Of a DNA stretch of 64,000 nt, positions 37,881 to 51,019 are shown piece after piece. The DNA lies in assembly GCA_964270895.1 (NCBI GenBank), contig OZ185436.1. The stretch is one strand, 5' to 3'. Position 1 is the first letter of the stretch. Each line of letters opens with the position of its first letter. Both the position numbers and the translations under genes were made by a program. The stretch comes from Podarcis filfolensis. Taxonomy: Eukaryota. The notes beneath the pieces are model-generated. The model had not been told where the DNA came from. It made no database searches and worked only from the letters and a program-made list of their open reading frames with translations.

Positions 37881-38296
37881 TGAGCATTTTCATATATATT
37901 TTTCATCCAAGTGGCCTCACCACCATTTTCAGTAGTATGCATATATGACTGCAAATATGATTGGAGGGCTCCCTCAGCTACTTTGTTCATTCCCGGCTTT
38001 GTGACTCTTTAACAGTATTCTGTACTTGTGTTTGTGAAAAGAGCTTGACTTTATTTGGTTGAGCTTAACAGTGTACGTTGCCCTTGAAAAGCATCACAGG
38101 AGAATGTTGGTATCTACCACATAGAAAGATACAAAGGTTGTCAGCCCTAAGAAGTGCTTCCCCTAGTTAGTGTTACCGAAATGGTCAAGATACTTACAAG
38201 ATACTTTATTACAGGGCATAGCAACTTCTGTGGCATGTAATATTTGAGAGCAAAATATGGCCACATTCCCCCATGATTTGCTTCAGAAATAATATA

Positions 38297-38507
38297 CAGT
38301 GGTACCTCTGGTTACGAATGTAATTCGTTCTGGAGGTCTGTTCTTTAGCTGAAACCGTTCTTATCCTGAGGCGCGCTTTCTTTAATGGCACCTCCCGCTC
38401 GCATCCTGGAGCAAAGTTCGCAACTGGGAGCAACTACTTCCGGGTTAGCGGAGCTAATAACCTGAAGCGTTAGTAAACAGATGCATTCGTAACTAGAGGT
38501 ACCACTG
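38297..38507. mobile_element. TcMar-Tigger/pogo-type MITE (211 bp)
   Basis: 24-bp TIR cagtggtacctctggttacgaatg (23/24 match), TA TSD on both sides. Confidence 0.92.
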
Positions 38508-38677
38508 TACTAGGCTATCTTCTGATTTGGCGGCGGGGGGCGGGGTTGTTCCAATAGACTATTATTGGATGGTGACATCCTACTGTGGTTGATGTGATAT
38601 ACACTCAGAGAAACCAGATGTACAGGTACTGTAACTGAAGCACGTGTACCTTTGTTTCCTCACTTTTCTCTGGACAG

Positions 38678-38788
38678 ACAGCTGATGATGCCGAAGATAC
38701 CGTGGGGCATAAAAACTTCATGTCAGCAACAATGCAGACGGGGTTTTGCGACTGGAGTGCCAAGTATTTTGCTCAGCCGGTGATGAAG
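38678..38788 (+). CDS. RPTOR: Raptor exon 24, TADDAEDTVGHKNFM...FAQPVMK
   Basis: ctctggacag|ACA...AAG|gtacag; 111 nt, phase 0-0. Confidence 0.96.
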
Positions 38789-40892
38789 GTACAGTCTGCC
38801 TTTCTTCTATAAGCCCTTTTTTTGAATTGCAGAATCATTTGAATACACCTCACCCTAAAAATCAAATTACTGTTTGCACATGTACACATATGCGCACACA
38901 CATGCGCGCGCACACACACACACATGCATATTCACACTGCCAAGTTCTCATTCATGGTCCTCTCTCTCTCTCTCTCTCTTTGTTCATTTACTTTCTGTTC
39001 CAGGAGTTGAGCATTTATTTATTTATTTTAAACACACACACAAAAAACACCCAGCAGCTATTGATTCCTTTTCTTCAGTAATAGCCTGGCATGCAGATGG
39101 ATAAATATTGCAGGCTTCATTCACAGAATGCTTTGTAACTGCTTGTCAGTTTTGTGCTTTAGCTAACACTTCCCAGCTCATGCTGAATCCATCCCGTATG
39201 GTTTTATCAGCAGTAGGAAAATAATACATGTGTGTGGAAGGGGAGTGGTGGTTTGTATTGTACTCAGTGTTTTCATAAGCATGCCCCTGCTTCTGCCACA
39301 TTCAGAGTCCTGCCATTGGAACCCTATGATTGTGCTGCAAACTGAAGAAAGGCATGGGGCATGAAAGTCAGAGGTTACATATGTTTATAGCCAGTGCTGG
39401 ATTAATGCACAAGCTAAGTAAACTACAATTTAGAGCTCAGATTATGAGGGGCCTGTAAATACAAAACACACATACAAATCCCCCCCCCCAAAGATTTCTA
39501 AAGTTTTTATGATCTGTTAAAACACACAGGAGAACATACATTTTTGTTCTGATGTGACAATAATATATTTAGTACCATATTTAGCATACTGTGATTATAA
39601 ATCAGCTATCATTGAGTGACATCCATGGCTGTGCTCTCAAAAAAAATCATGAAAGAAAGTGTTTTACATTTTGTGTTATGTGCAGAACACACACAATAGA
39701 TGCTGTGTGGACTCTTCCACTTAGTAAGTGATAGACTGCATGTTTAACGGCTCTTGTACTGCTCTAAAAACAAATCATATGTGCTAAGAGGGTACATTAT
39801 ATAGAAACAGGAATACTGCAAGATAGTTTGTTAGTTTTTAATTGCATCCTCACTTATGTACCAGTATAAATTCAAATATAAAAGTGTATTATTTCATTGT
39901 CTTTTCTGTTAGAATAGTACACATTTGGAGGTAATGCTATGGGCTCTCTTGATCATGACACAGTTTAGGGCCTCCGTCTTAGCCCTGTTTGTAGTGCCAC
40001 TTGTTGCAAAAAGGTATAATGGGCCATTTTGGGTGGTAGCAAGAACCTATATGTGGATCAACAGGATTGCAGGCTCCCTTTCCACATACACAGCACACCA
40101 TAAAGGATGGCAGATCTCTTTCCACAGCCATGGGATCCCATTCTACCATACAAGATTCTGGGTACTTAGTGTGGCAGCCACTCTCTGGTTCAGGCATGGA
40201 GCAGGTTATGTTATCAGGGCAGCTTTGTTGCCTACAATCAAGCAGTCATAGTAGAAAGTAAAATGACTTGCACATCCTCTGTACCTAATGATAAGCCAAA
40301 CTGTGGCTTAGTGCAAATGCACAGACTCCCAAAGAGATTGTGGCCCCTTAGCTCCTCCCTGGTTGTTTTCCTGCTGTGCTGCACAGACCTAAGCATGACA
40401 TAGTGTGTTTTCCAGACCTGGACTCGTGGTTTAGCTCTCCTAGTCAACCCATGAGCTATAAACCATAGGGCAAACCTTGGTTCATGGTTAGTCTGGAGAG
40501 ATATAAACCATATACTCAAGTTCAGTAGACATGCCAAGCCATGGCTTAGCTGCAGCAGCAGAATGACCAGTGAGGAGCAAAGTGGCTGCAATCTCCTCTC
40601 CTAGGGCTCACATATTCACCGAAAGCCATTGTTTTTGAAGCTGGTGATTCAGAGCTCACAGGGCACAAAGCTAGTGGTTTGGAGCACATATAATCTGAGG
40701 CTGGTGGTCCTGAGCCCACACAGCCTAAGGCAGAAGCTTCACATATGCTGTCACCTGAGCCTAACCCACCAGAGGAATCTAGTGCCTTCCACACTACCAC
40801 AGCTGCCCCACTGTGCAGGAAGCACACCAGGCAGGAGGCCACAGAATTCACAGAAAATGTAAGCCAAATTTACCATCAAGTATGCATTCAAT

Positions 40893-41247
40893 GGGACACG
40901 GGTGGCACTGTGGGTTAAACCACAGAGCCGAAGACTTGCTGATCAGAAGGTTGGTGGTTCGAATCTCCGTGACGGGCTGAGCTCCTGTTGCTCGGTCCCT
41001 GCTCCTGCCAACCTAGCAGTTTGAAAGCACGTCAAAGTGCAAGTAGATAAATAGGTACTGCTCCGGTGGGAAGGTAAACGGCGTTTCCGTGCGCTGCTCT
41101 GGTTCGCCAGAAGCGGCTTAGTCATGCTGGCCACATGACCCAGAAGCTGTACGCCGGCTCCCTCAGCCAATAAAGCGAGATGAGCACCGCAATCCCAGAG
41201 TCAGCCACGACTGGACCTAATGGTCAGGGGTCCCTTTACCCTTTACC
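40893..41247 (+). mobile_element. Sauria SINE, full length
   Basis: gggacacgggtggc head, ccctttaccctttacc tail; perfect 12-bp TSD TATGCATTCAAT (40881-40892, 41250-41261). Confidence 0.92.
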
Positions 41248-42629
41248 TATATGCATTCAATAGAAAGCTGCAGCCAATCCTATACCATGTGTATGGGAAA
41301 GACAACAAGGCAGTTTGGCTCCTTGTGCTTGCCAGCTTCCAGGTGGATTGATGGGGTTGGGGGGGTTGGAAAGGAGATGAGCTGGAAGGGACTGTTTCCC
41401 TTTTATAATCGGCAGAAAATTCCAAGGAGGACAGCAAGGAGTAAGACGACACCAGGACAGAGAGAGATTGGAAGGGAGGAAATGTCGCAGCAACATCAGA
41501 GAAGGTGTAAAAGTGATAGATGGCTTGCAGGAGGGAGGGTAGGCAAGCCCCTGTGATGAACTGGCCTGTAAACAAGGCTTTTGGAGGCAGTGTTCCCCAG
41601 CGATTTTTGATGGCCCACCAAGAAGGAAACAAAGTAAAAAATGAAGAAAACCTCATGAGAAAGAGCCCAGCTATTGCACAGTGCAAGTCATTCAGTCTGC
41701 TTTCTGGACCTCGAGAATGAGGGCTCTAGTCCCATTCAGCCATGGACCTTGGATGACAACCTTTCAGCCCGTATTTCCATTAGTAAGAACAGGAATAATA
41801 GCAGCCTGCCTCACAGAATATGAATGAGAGGTGGGTTGTATGCCAAACAATGCTATATAAATTATGTATAATAATGACACCAAAATCATCACAATGGTAC
41901 AGGGAAGGACAGCTTCTAAGCAGCTGTCTGCATACTTGCTGCAAACAGCTGTGTTTTCTGTATCTTTCCTTGCTAATTACTACAGAGATTTGTGTTCAAA
42001 GAAAAACTTGCTCCCTCCCCTCTCATCATGCTTCTATTCATCTCCACAGTAAAGAGGCAGTGCTGAATTCATGATTCTGGAATTTACATCTAATACTGTG
42101 AGCAAGCTAATGCTATGCCTCTGACTGTTGCCGAAAATGCCAAACCTTCATTGTGCATTTTGCACATTATATCTAACCTACACACAAGCAAGGTGAAGTG
42201 GGAAGAGAGCTGGGCTGGGGTGGGTTCAAGATTTGAGCACAAGAATGTAGGCCAAATACAGCACAATCTTTCAGCTCACATGCTATGTTGAGCAACGTTA
42301 TGTTCATATTTTATTTGTGTGCCATGAGGGTTAACAAACAATTTTTCTCTGATCCAGATAGCACTTGAGCTTCCTGGGAGAGTTGCAGTGATTAAGTATT
42401 CTGCCTGTCTGTTGTCCCAGAGGGACATCAACAACAAACTTTTTTTAAAAATGCCAGTTTTTGCTTGCTGTGTAATTAAAGCCTCTGCTTTTCAACAGCA
42501 AGGGCAGAACTGTTGGTGTCTCACTCTCTTTGCTGTTTCTAGCTGTATTAATGTTGAAGCAACACTGGAACATTTTGCCTTAAGTAAAAGCTTTCTAATC
42601 CAGGAGGGAGGTCAGCAAGTCACATAATC

Positions 42630-43640
42630 TTCTTGGACCAAGAGTTGACCTTGCTTCATTTCATGCATCTTTGGGGTTTCCATTTGTCACCAGGCTGTTT
42701 ATCTACAATCTAAATTCATTGGCATCCATATGTCTTGAGAGAGAATGGAAGAGTGTGCCATTGGAGTCAAACTGTTAGAGAGTTACAGTGCTTGCCGTGG
42801 CTGTAGAGAACAACACAGAGTTGGTCTACCAATGGGCCTGGTGCCTGAAGCCAATTCCCCATAGAATTGGGGGTCCTGCCATCTTTCATCTGTGGACATT
42901 ACCAATCTAGTGGTAGACACCACTGAGACAGAAGTGTGAACATGCTGGGAAGGTAACATTGGAACAACACATCTTTGAGACTGTCCTGCCATGTGGTACC
43001 CCTGGTTCTTCCTGATACAGTGCATGTGGAAAGCATCAATGGAAAAGGTTGCTGGTTATTGTGGAGCCCAGTTAAACAAAATTGTCTACCACCTCAAGCC
43101 TGGGGTCAGAAATGCTGGTGCATGGTGTGCTAGCAAGACCCTGACCCAAGATGTTAGGCTGATGGTCAGGCCAAACTCCATGCAGGCTTGGAAAAAGATT
43201 TGATGAGTCTCTGCAGAGCTTCCTCAAGTCTTCGTCATCTGCAAACAACATCTCTCAGATAAGAACCCACCACACTTTTGTCTTGGTGTGGAGACATGCC
43301 ACATTGAACAGACCCCCCCTCTCCATCTTCTGTCAAGCTGAAGGCATAGAAGAGCAACAGAGGGAAGAACATGCCAAAGAGAGTTGGGGCAAGAACACAG
43401 CCCTCCTCCATACTGCTCTTTAAAGGGAAGGTGTCTGAGGATGAAGCATCATACTGGATTGTGCCACACATGTTCTCGTGGAAGGACATGGCCATTTTGT
43501 GGCGCTTAGATGGGCATCCTATCTTGTTGAGCAGTGTGAAGAGTACTTTTCAGCTGATAAGGTCAAAGCCCTTCATCAGATCTATGCAATCTGAATTAGA
43601 ACTCAGGAAACTCAAGGGCTGGTATTCTTTGGCCTCATTT
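42630..43640 (-). mobile_element. RTE-clade LINE ORF remnant (reverse transcriptase), frameshifted
   Basis: Antisense translations IDLMKGFDLIS, KIGCPSK, SFHENM, GCVLAPTLFGMFF and FYGELASGTRPIGRP are RTE RT/C-terminal motifs (ORFs 43235-43495, 42783-43025). Confidence 0.85.
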
Positions 43641-46382
43641 TAAAATCAGAAGAACATAAAAAGCACCCTTCTCGCCCCCATAATAACATATCCTCATGCA
43701 TCACAGATGCATTTATAGAACAAAACTAAGGAGACACGCTGAAGGTTCTCATGAATTAGACTAGGCAATTGAAATTTGAATTGTGAGCATCCATCCAAAG
43801 CAGCACAAGTTTCTGGATGTAAGGTTGTTAGTTAGAAGTTGTGTTCATAGCGATGAGTTGCCAGAAATTCATGCCAATTCATACTGGCATGACAACTTCC
43901 TGTGTTGCACTTGTGTGTGTATGTGTGTGTGTACACATGTATGTCTTCCAAAATTACTCTGCTACAGTATTTTATGCACAGTCTGTCAGCTGAAGAGGGA
44001 GCAGAAATAAATGTCTCCCTATAGGCAGTACAATAGGTTTCTTGCATGCTGGGTAATGTAAAAAGGCTGAAATATGTCTTGCAATGAATTCATATAACTT
44101 TGCTTGCAAGAAGCAGGCACATTCATCGCATTAGATAGGCAAGACTACAGTTATTAAAATAAGAATTATGTATGTACTTTGAGTTGTCAGGGGGTGGTAT
44201 TAACTGGTCCGCTGAACGTGCCCCCCTTCCCAGTGCTTTGAGAACCACTTGAACAGGCAGATTCATGGAGGATGAGTCTTATCCATGGATGACAATATAG
44301 AACCTCCAGGTTCAAGATAAGCTTCCCCCTAAATTTCTGTGGAGCCACAAATCGGCAAAGGCTGTTGGTTCATGTCCGCAATCAGTGACTGCAGTCTTGG
44401 GTTCAAAAATGTTAAAGTGCAGCAGTGCAAGGCACTGAACAGCCACTGCTGCTGCTCCAGAAAATACTTACTAAAAAACGAACGAACAGAGGAGGGCATA
44501 ATAAGATAACAAGTGGCAGCGGACAACTAAACAAAATATCGCAGTGCATTTTGAATAGTGCTGTACTTTATAGGCTCGGGGTTGAGAGAGCTTTTTTTTC
44601 CAAGCTAGCCCTGAAACTTCATATACAGTTGTATGGTGGGTAGTTGGGTGTTGTGTGAGTGTGAAGACCTCTATTTTCATGCTTCAACATAACGAATCCC
44701 AGAGCTGTGTGGTATGATATGTACAGAAGAGTTCAGCAAAGGGGGGCGGGAGTGGGGATATGTACCTGAGGGCCTCTGTTAGCTGATCCCATTTTCAGTC
44801 CTCTATTCCAGCTTCTTCTTTTCTTTTCATTACAGTAACCTACCTTGTTGGTAGTGAGCACACATAGCTCTTGCTGGGCTTTCTGGGGGAGAAATATTTT
44901 GTGAAGTAACAAAGACACGGACACCCAACAGACCTGTGTGCGCTTAGTGCCTCCAGGAGGCCCAGAGTGGACATGTGAATAATCCATGTATTTCTCCAAA
45001 ACCAGCATTTATAAGCACCAGCCAAAATATGACGAACTAGTGAGCTAAGTTTTAGTTCTAGCTCTTCATCTGGGTAGGTGGTATCCAAATAGGAGGTGGG
45101 GGCAAGGGAAACAAGATTTAAAAGTACAAAAATTAGACTGCATGTTTTAATCACGTGATCAGCATTACATTTCTATTCCAAGATTAAAATTACAGAATTA
45201 GTTTCTGCTAGGTGCTGCAGGTATCAGGTTACACCTGGGTTTTGGAATAAAGAAACAATGGCTGACACCCCCCCTTTTTTTTTAAAGAACATAAAACTTG
45301 TTACTGAGATCTCTGTCAATATTTTTTCTGTATACCCAAGAGCCCTACTGGTCATCAAAGCAAAACACTAACTGGCTCTATATTCAAGCAATTTTTTTTC
45401 TTAATCGCAACATGTTTTACAGGTGGATTTGCAGTTCCCCAGTTTTTTGTTTTTTTTTAATTGAACCACCAAGAGAATTTGCCAGGTAATAAAACATTTA
45501 GTACTTCATCAACTACAGCACAAATGCAATTAATTTTCTCTTGATACCCATAGCTACGCAGGCATTGAAACATTTGGAAATGTTACTACTTTAATTACTA
45601 ATTAGCTTCAAGCTGTTGGTCCAACTACTTTGGCCAAACTGACTTCTATGTGCTTGTTTCCAAGTCTAGAGAACAGTACGTAGATGTTTTAAAAATAAAA
45701 GAATTAGGATAATGCTATCTTTATTTTACCATTCAGAGTGGGTAATATATTAACTCCCAATGATTATTAAAAACATTTATCTACTTTCTGAGAATAGCTG
45801 TTCGCCAGAGTGGTGCCTTATTAATCTAATAAATCACTCCAGATGGCCAATCAAAATGCATCTTTCTGTGCACACAGGGTGTGTGTTTTTAGTGTGAGTA
45901 CTTCAGTTTGATTTTTTTTTTTAAGTAGAAGTTTAAGAATATTTGGAGTGCTTTGAATAATTACTTGTTGCTGAATGGAGAATTACAACACAGTTCTAGA
46001 GAGAGATTTGTCCAGCAATAACTATTTACTACCATAGATATGAGGCACATTCCAGCAAGAATTTTCCTTCCACAAGCTGCACTGGAAATAGATGTCCCAT
46101 TTATTTCATCAGGGTTTACAGGAATATATATATATACAAAAGGGTTTTGGGTAGTAAGAGAATTTTATCCATATTTTAAAATTACTGCAATCCTATATAA
46201 CGTGTTCATTTTTACCTCATATTCCCTATCACCACTAATATTGAAGAGTTATAGCATTTCCCCCGGAACCGAATTTTGCTGAGATGTTTGAAATAAAACA
46301 GGTGGATTGATATCTCACAGATCATACTCATAGGGCTGTCCCATCATTTGACTTGCTTTCTTGGAAATAGAATTTGGTCTGC

Positions 46383-46470
46383 AGTCTGCTCCTATGCATA
46401 TGTACTCAAAAGTGTGCCCCATCTGTTCTGTGGGGATTACTCCCAGGTAAGTGTACTTAGGATTGCCACC
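46383..46470. mobile_element. Short palindromic MITE-like repeat (caatcctatg...taggattg family), degraded
   Basis: ctcctatgcatatgtactc...ttactcccaggtaagtgtacttaggattgc; recognised family pattern. Confidence 0.5.
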
Positions 46471-47089
46471 TTAGAAACCTTCAGCCAGCATTGTGGTTGA
46501 TTTTAAATACCCATGTACACAAATAGCCCAAATCAAGGGTGAATCTGCTCCTCACACTGTCTCTGCCCATCTTTCCCTCCCCTGCACAGTCCTCTCCCTC
46601 AACCATCTCCTTTCTTTGCCCTTCCACCACCATCCCCACAATCTCTCATGAGTCCACTCACTACTTCTCCACTCTCCTGTCCATCTCTCTTCTTCTCCCT
46701 TCTCTCCTACCACACAATTGCTCATCCCCACTTGCTTGCTTTCTCTCACACACAAAGGCAGGTCTTGTTCATGACAAGACATCACGAGCAATATAAGCAT
46801 ACCATCACAAAGGTTTGGCTCTAATTCAGGAAACATTAGAAAATGCTTATCCAATTTTGGGAAGGTGTATTGGCAGTTTTTACATAATACTGGTGAACTC
46901 TATGAATCCAAACGCCACCTGGCCACAGTTACAGCCTGGCATTCAAAAATGAAATGTTATGGGGAACAATAGTGCATCACCATCTTTCACCATCCATTGC
47001 TCCCCGCCCCATAACTCTTCCTCCCCCAAACTGCTTTTCTAGGAGGAGTTTGAGACCTGTGCTTCCAGTGGAAAAACCTGTGATTCCAT

Positions 47090-47200
47090 ATAGAATCATA
47101 CAACTGTAGAGTTGGGACCCTGAGGGTCATCTAGTCCTGGAATCTCATCTAGATCATACATGACATTTGGCCATTCAACTTCTGCTTAAAAACCTCTAGA
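47090..47200 (-). mobile_element. CR1 3' terminal fragment, antisense
   Basis: atagaatcata...gtagagttgggaccctgagggtcatctagtcc is the reverse complement of a CR1 tail. Confidence 0.65.
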
Positions 47201-48661
47201 ATCCAGTATTAAAGATCCCATCCAAGGGATGTGCAGTATACCTTTATGCTTGCTTCTTTCTCTACCTACCACTATCTTTTGCATTTTGCTCATGTTGCAT
47301 AAAAAGTCGATTTGGGAGCCTGTTAACAGAGGTTTCATGGACACCGCACATGCTGTATCCTACAGGGTGTTCTTCACCAAAGATAGTTAAAAAAAGAAAT
47401 CCTAACGCTACACTGAACAATAATTAGTGTCTATGAAACAAAAGCTAGCACTGCACATATCCAAGGAGCAAAATTGGTATATGCCATCAGTTGCAGCTGT
47501 GCTGTTTTCCTGGTTATTCCATAGTTCATCTAGCTGAGCTTGACATTCTTACAATCTATATAGTTCTCTAGAGTTATGTGGAATAGTCTCCTGAAAATGC
47601 TGCACGTGGCACATTCAGGAGTAAAGAATCCTGTTTTGTTCCTGCTGCCTTCTGAGAATTTCAGCTGCCTGCATTTAAACACACACACCATGAAATGTGA
47701 ACTAAATGTAGATAGGAGAGAGAGCCTAGATCCTTATGCCAAGACTCTGCTAGGAAACACATGCAGCAGGCAGGGTGACTGAGTAGATGCTCTTGTGAGG
47801 AATACATGCAAAAGGGGCTGCAAGTACACCTAATTTCTGTAAGGTTTGGTGTGGAAGGGAACATTCTTTCCCTGAGAAATAGGCATTATGCTTCTATGCA
47901 CTGACTGGTGGCATTACAAATCATTGGCATCAGTCAGTGTTCGATTTATGGAAAAGCAGAACAAGGTTTGTTTCAGAAAAGAGTGTAGTGTTTTGCTGGT
48001 AGTGCTTTAACTGATACTTAACAGCAATGCTCAGGTAATCATAGATCCAGCCCCACTCCCACCTCAAGAGTTCTGAAAACATTTAAAGTCGGGGAAGTGC
48101 AGTATTGGTGTTGCCCCTGTGTCTGACTGCAACTTTTAGGATCTTTTATGTTTAATGCTGGCAACATATGAACAAAAATATACACTCACACCCTAGCCTC
48201 AATAGCCACAGGTTGCCCACCTCAGCTCCACAGTGGCTCTGGCTCTGTTCAACTGATGGAGGATTTAGCCCCTTAGGAAATTGTTTCATCACTGTGAAAC
48301 CAGCAGAGATCTCCCTATAACATTATTTATTGCTGCAAGGAGAAAATCCATCCTCTGTCCTTATTTCCACAACCCCTTGCTGACTGTTTCCATCTTGATA
48401 TGGATAAGGCGGAGAACAACTTCATTGGCTTTCACATGGCACTGCTCAGTGGGATACTTCTGAATTGTAATTGGTTTCTGTCTGAGTGGAAGCCAAGAGG
48501 TGTTAGAAATCTGTAGTGTGTCATGATCCTAATCATGTAACACTATTCCAGACACCCACACACCTCTGGGAGACCCACATAGAAGTGAATAGAACAGAAC
48601 AGAAGCTTGTCTTTTGTTTACTATAGACTTTTCTAAAGTCAAAAAAAAATGACTGCAAGGA

Positions 48662-48917
48662 GAGAACAAACATAGTGTGAGAATAGGCCTGCTGGATTGA
48701 GCCAATGGTTCATCTAGTCTATCATCCTTCATCTGGGAAGCCCACAAGTATGGCATGAGCGCAACAGCCATCCTCCACTGATTGCCCCCCAACAGCAAAA
48801 ACTGGTTTACAATTCCGTTACTGCCCCGGAAGGTAGAGATCGCAGTAGATTTCATTACTAATGGCTGTTAATAGTCCTAACACTCAATAAATTTGTCCTG
48901 TCTTTTTAAAGCCATCT
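48662..48917 (-). mobile_element. CR1 LINE 3' end, antisense
   Basis: gcctgctggattgagccaatgg...gggaagcccacaag...aatttgtc...ttttaaagccatc; reverse of CR1 ORF2 end and UTR. Confidence 0.65.
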
Positions 48918-49002
48918 GTTGTTGTTGTTTAGTCGTTTAGTCGTGTCCGACTCTTTGTGACCCCATGGACCAGAGCACGCCAGGCACTCCTGTCTTCCAC
49001 TG
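48918..49002 (-). mobile_element. BovB/RTE 3' terminal fragment, antisense
   Basis: Reverse complement gtggaagacaggagtgcctggcgtgctctggtccatggggtcacaaagagtcggacacgactaaacgactaaac(aac)n is a BovB 3' end. Confidence 0.8.
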
Positions 49003-50511
49003 TCTAGCTTTGTAATCTTGTTGTGATTTGTTTCCAGAGGATGGGCTGCTGTGGATTTTTTTTGCATGGCAATATGATTTGGCATACTTTTTTCCTGTAC
49101 TGATAGGAACTAAGTGTGCCCTTTCAGTCTTTATTGATATGTCTTTCTTTCTGTTGTGAACTGGGAGGTTCTGATAACCAATCTAAAAGAAATGTTCTTC
49201 CTATTGGTCTAGAACAAATTTAACGGCTACCACGCCTGTTTTCTCAGTGGTAACCAATGCCTGGTCTCTAAGGCTACAGTACCAACTGATTAGCAGCACT
49301 GTTTTATATCAGCAGAATCTTCATCATGGCATGAATAATAATTTCAAAGGATGTCGTCATGAAAGCAAAACACCTGAGCTGAGTGAGTGCTTGGTTTGAA
49401 AACTGCAGGCCTGGCTCTGAAAATCCAAAGTATACCTTTCTCTGCACAGAAAGCCAACTCACGTTTGACATTTAATATGTATGTTTTCATGCCGTTACAC
49501 TTCTGCCTAATTGTTTTCAGCAGCCATTCCCAAAATATGAGCAGCATCTACTTCTTGCAATTGAGTGTGCTTGCTTCCTTAAATAACGGGGCAGAATCTT
49601 TATGATCCCCTAGCTGCTCAGGCCCTCGACAGGAAGAAGTACAGGATCTCTACATGTTGTCTCCAATTTTGAATTATACCTTCTGTGTTTACACTTCCCT
49701 GCCACATACTTTATGGAGCCCTTTATTCATAAGGAATTATGCAGAAGTTGCACTCCTTCCATCTAAACAGAAGAAAGCCTTGGAGACAAGTGTAAAAATG
49801 GTCCTGTACTAGGGATGAGCTTGCGGGTTCGTAACAGCAGCCACAAGATTCAAATATATCTGCTGTGACAAGCCATTTATATGAGCTTCATAAATTTACG
49901 TCGCTGTTTAAGAAAATGGGATATTCATTTGCTTTCTGTGAGAACTTCTAGCCTGAATGAGACAAGACAAAAACAAATAGACCTTTTCAAAAGAGTGAGT
50001 AAAGAATAGGTTTTGGAATATTTGTCAAATAACGGATACGGTTTATCAGCCATAGGCTTAAAATGTGCATTTTAAAATAAATGTCCCGAGTGAGAGGATT
50101 TCAGTGCCAATATCATTTTTGCAATTGATCTATGTATACATCTGCATTCAAGCAGTGCATTCCAGTTGAATTCCCTGTCGTTTGTCAGTGAAAAATTATC
50201 TGCATTAGATTTCTTGAAAATATTGCCTGTGTAGACATTTTATCATATTTATTTTAATTGGTTAAAAGAAACAACTGACGCTTTGATCACTTGACAGCCC
50301 TGGGGCCCAGTGGTGGATGATGTGCAGTTCAGAAGGTAATGAAGTGTATAAGAACAGAAAAACCTCATCTGCCCCTTGCTGGTTTTGGTCAGATTGCATG
50401 GGCTGAAGGGTCCCTGTTCTGGTTGAAATTAGCAGGCATTTGGAATCGCAAGAAGCCTTTCTTTACCATTATCCTGTTGTATTCATTTTTTTAATTATTA
50501 TTTATTGGCAG

Positions 50512-50617
50512 ATTCCAGAAGAACATGATTTGGAGAGCCAGGTCCGCAAAGAAAGGGAGTGGCGGTTTCTGCGCAATGCCAGAGTCCGAAAGCAAGCACA
50601 GAAAATCATCCAAAAAG
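50512..50617 (+). CDS. RPTOR: Raptor exon 25, IPEEHDLESQVRKEREWRFLRNARVRKQAQKIIQK(G)
   Basis: ttggcag|ATT...G|gtagtc; 106 nt, phase 0-1. Confidence 0.97.
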
Positions 50618-50956
50618 GTAGTCAATTTTTTCTCCCTTACCCACCCCACTTTATACATCTCCCAGCACCAAGGAGAATGCTTATCCACTCTTTACATGAG
50701 GCCATGAACAAGAACACTGTTCATAAACCATTTGTTTGGCCAGTGTTGACCTCTTTAGCGTGAGCTTCTGCTCACAACTTCAACTTGTTTTGTTGTAATG
50801 GGGTTGTTTGCTTTTGAGAGTTGGACAGCCTTTTTCTCCTTGGGTAAAGCACATGCATGTGGAGTCAGCAGGCTGCTAGTTACAAGAGTCTGGGAGATAC
50901 ATATTGCCAATATGATTTGTGGTTGTCCCACTGTTTCCTAACCCAGGAATTTAGGA

Positions 50957-51019
50957 GCTACACAAGGATCACTGCCATGGAATATCTGAATGAACAAGGC
51001 TGTTCTCTGCTCCTGACTG
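50957..51019 (+). pseudogene. 63-bp intronic copy of part of RPTOR exon 27 (source 54322-54384)
   Basis: 59/63 identity by manual alignment; flanked by imperfect direct repeats at 50930-50954 and 51016-51045. Confidence 0.92.

Noticed and set aside
45423-45485. 63-nt candidate exon
   Set aside because: In-frame TGA at 45462-45464 and a poly-T interior.
46441-46452. Perfect CAG|gtaagt donor
   Set aside because: Part of a common palindromic repeat family; no in-frame acceptor partner found.
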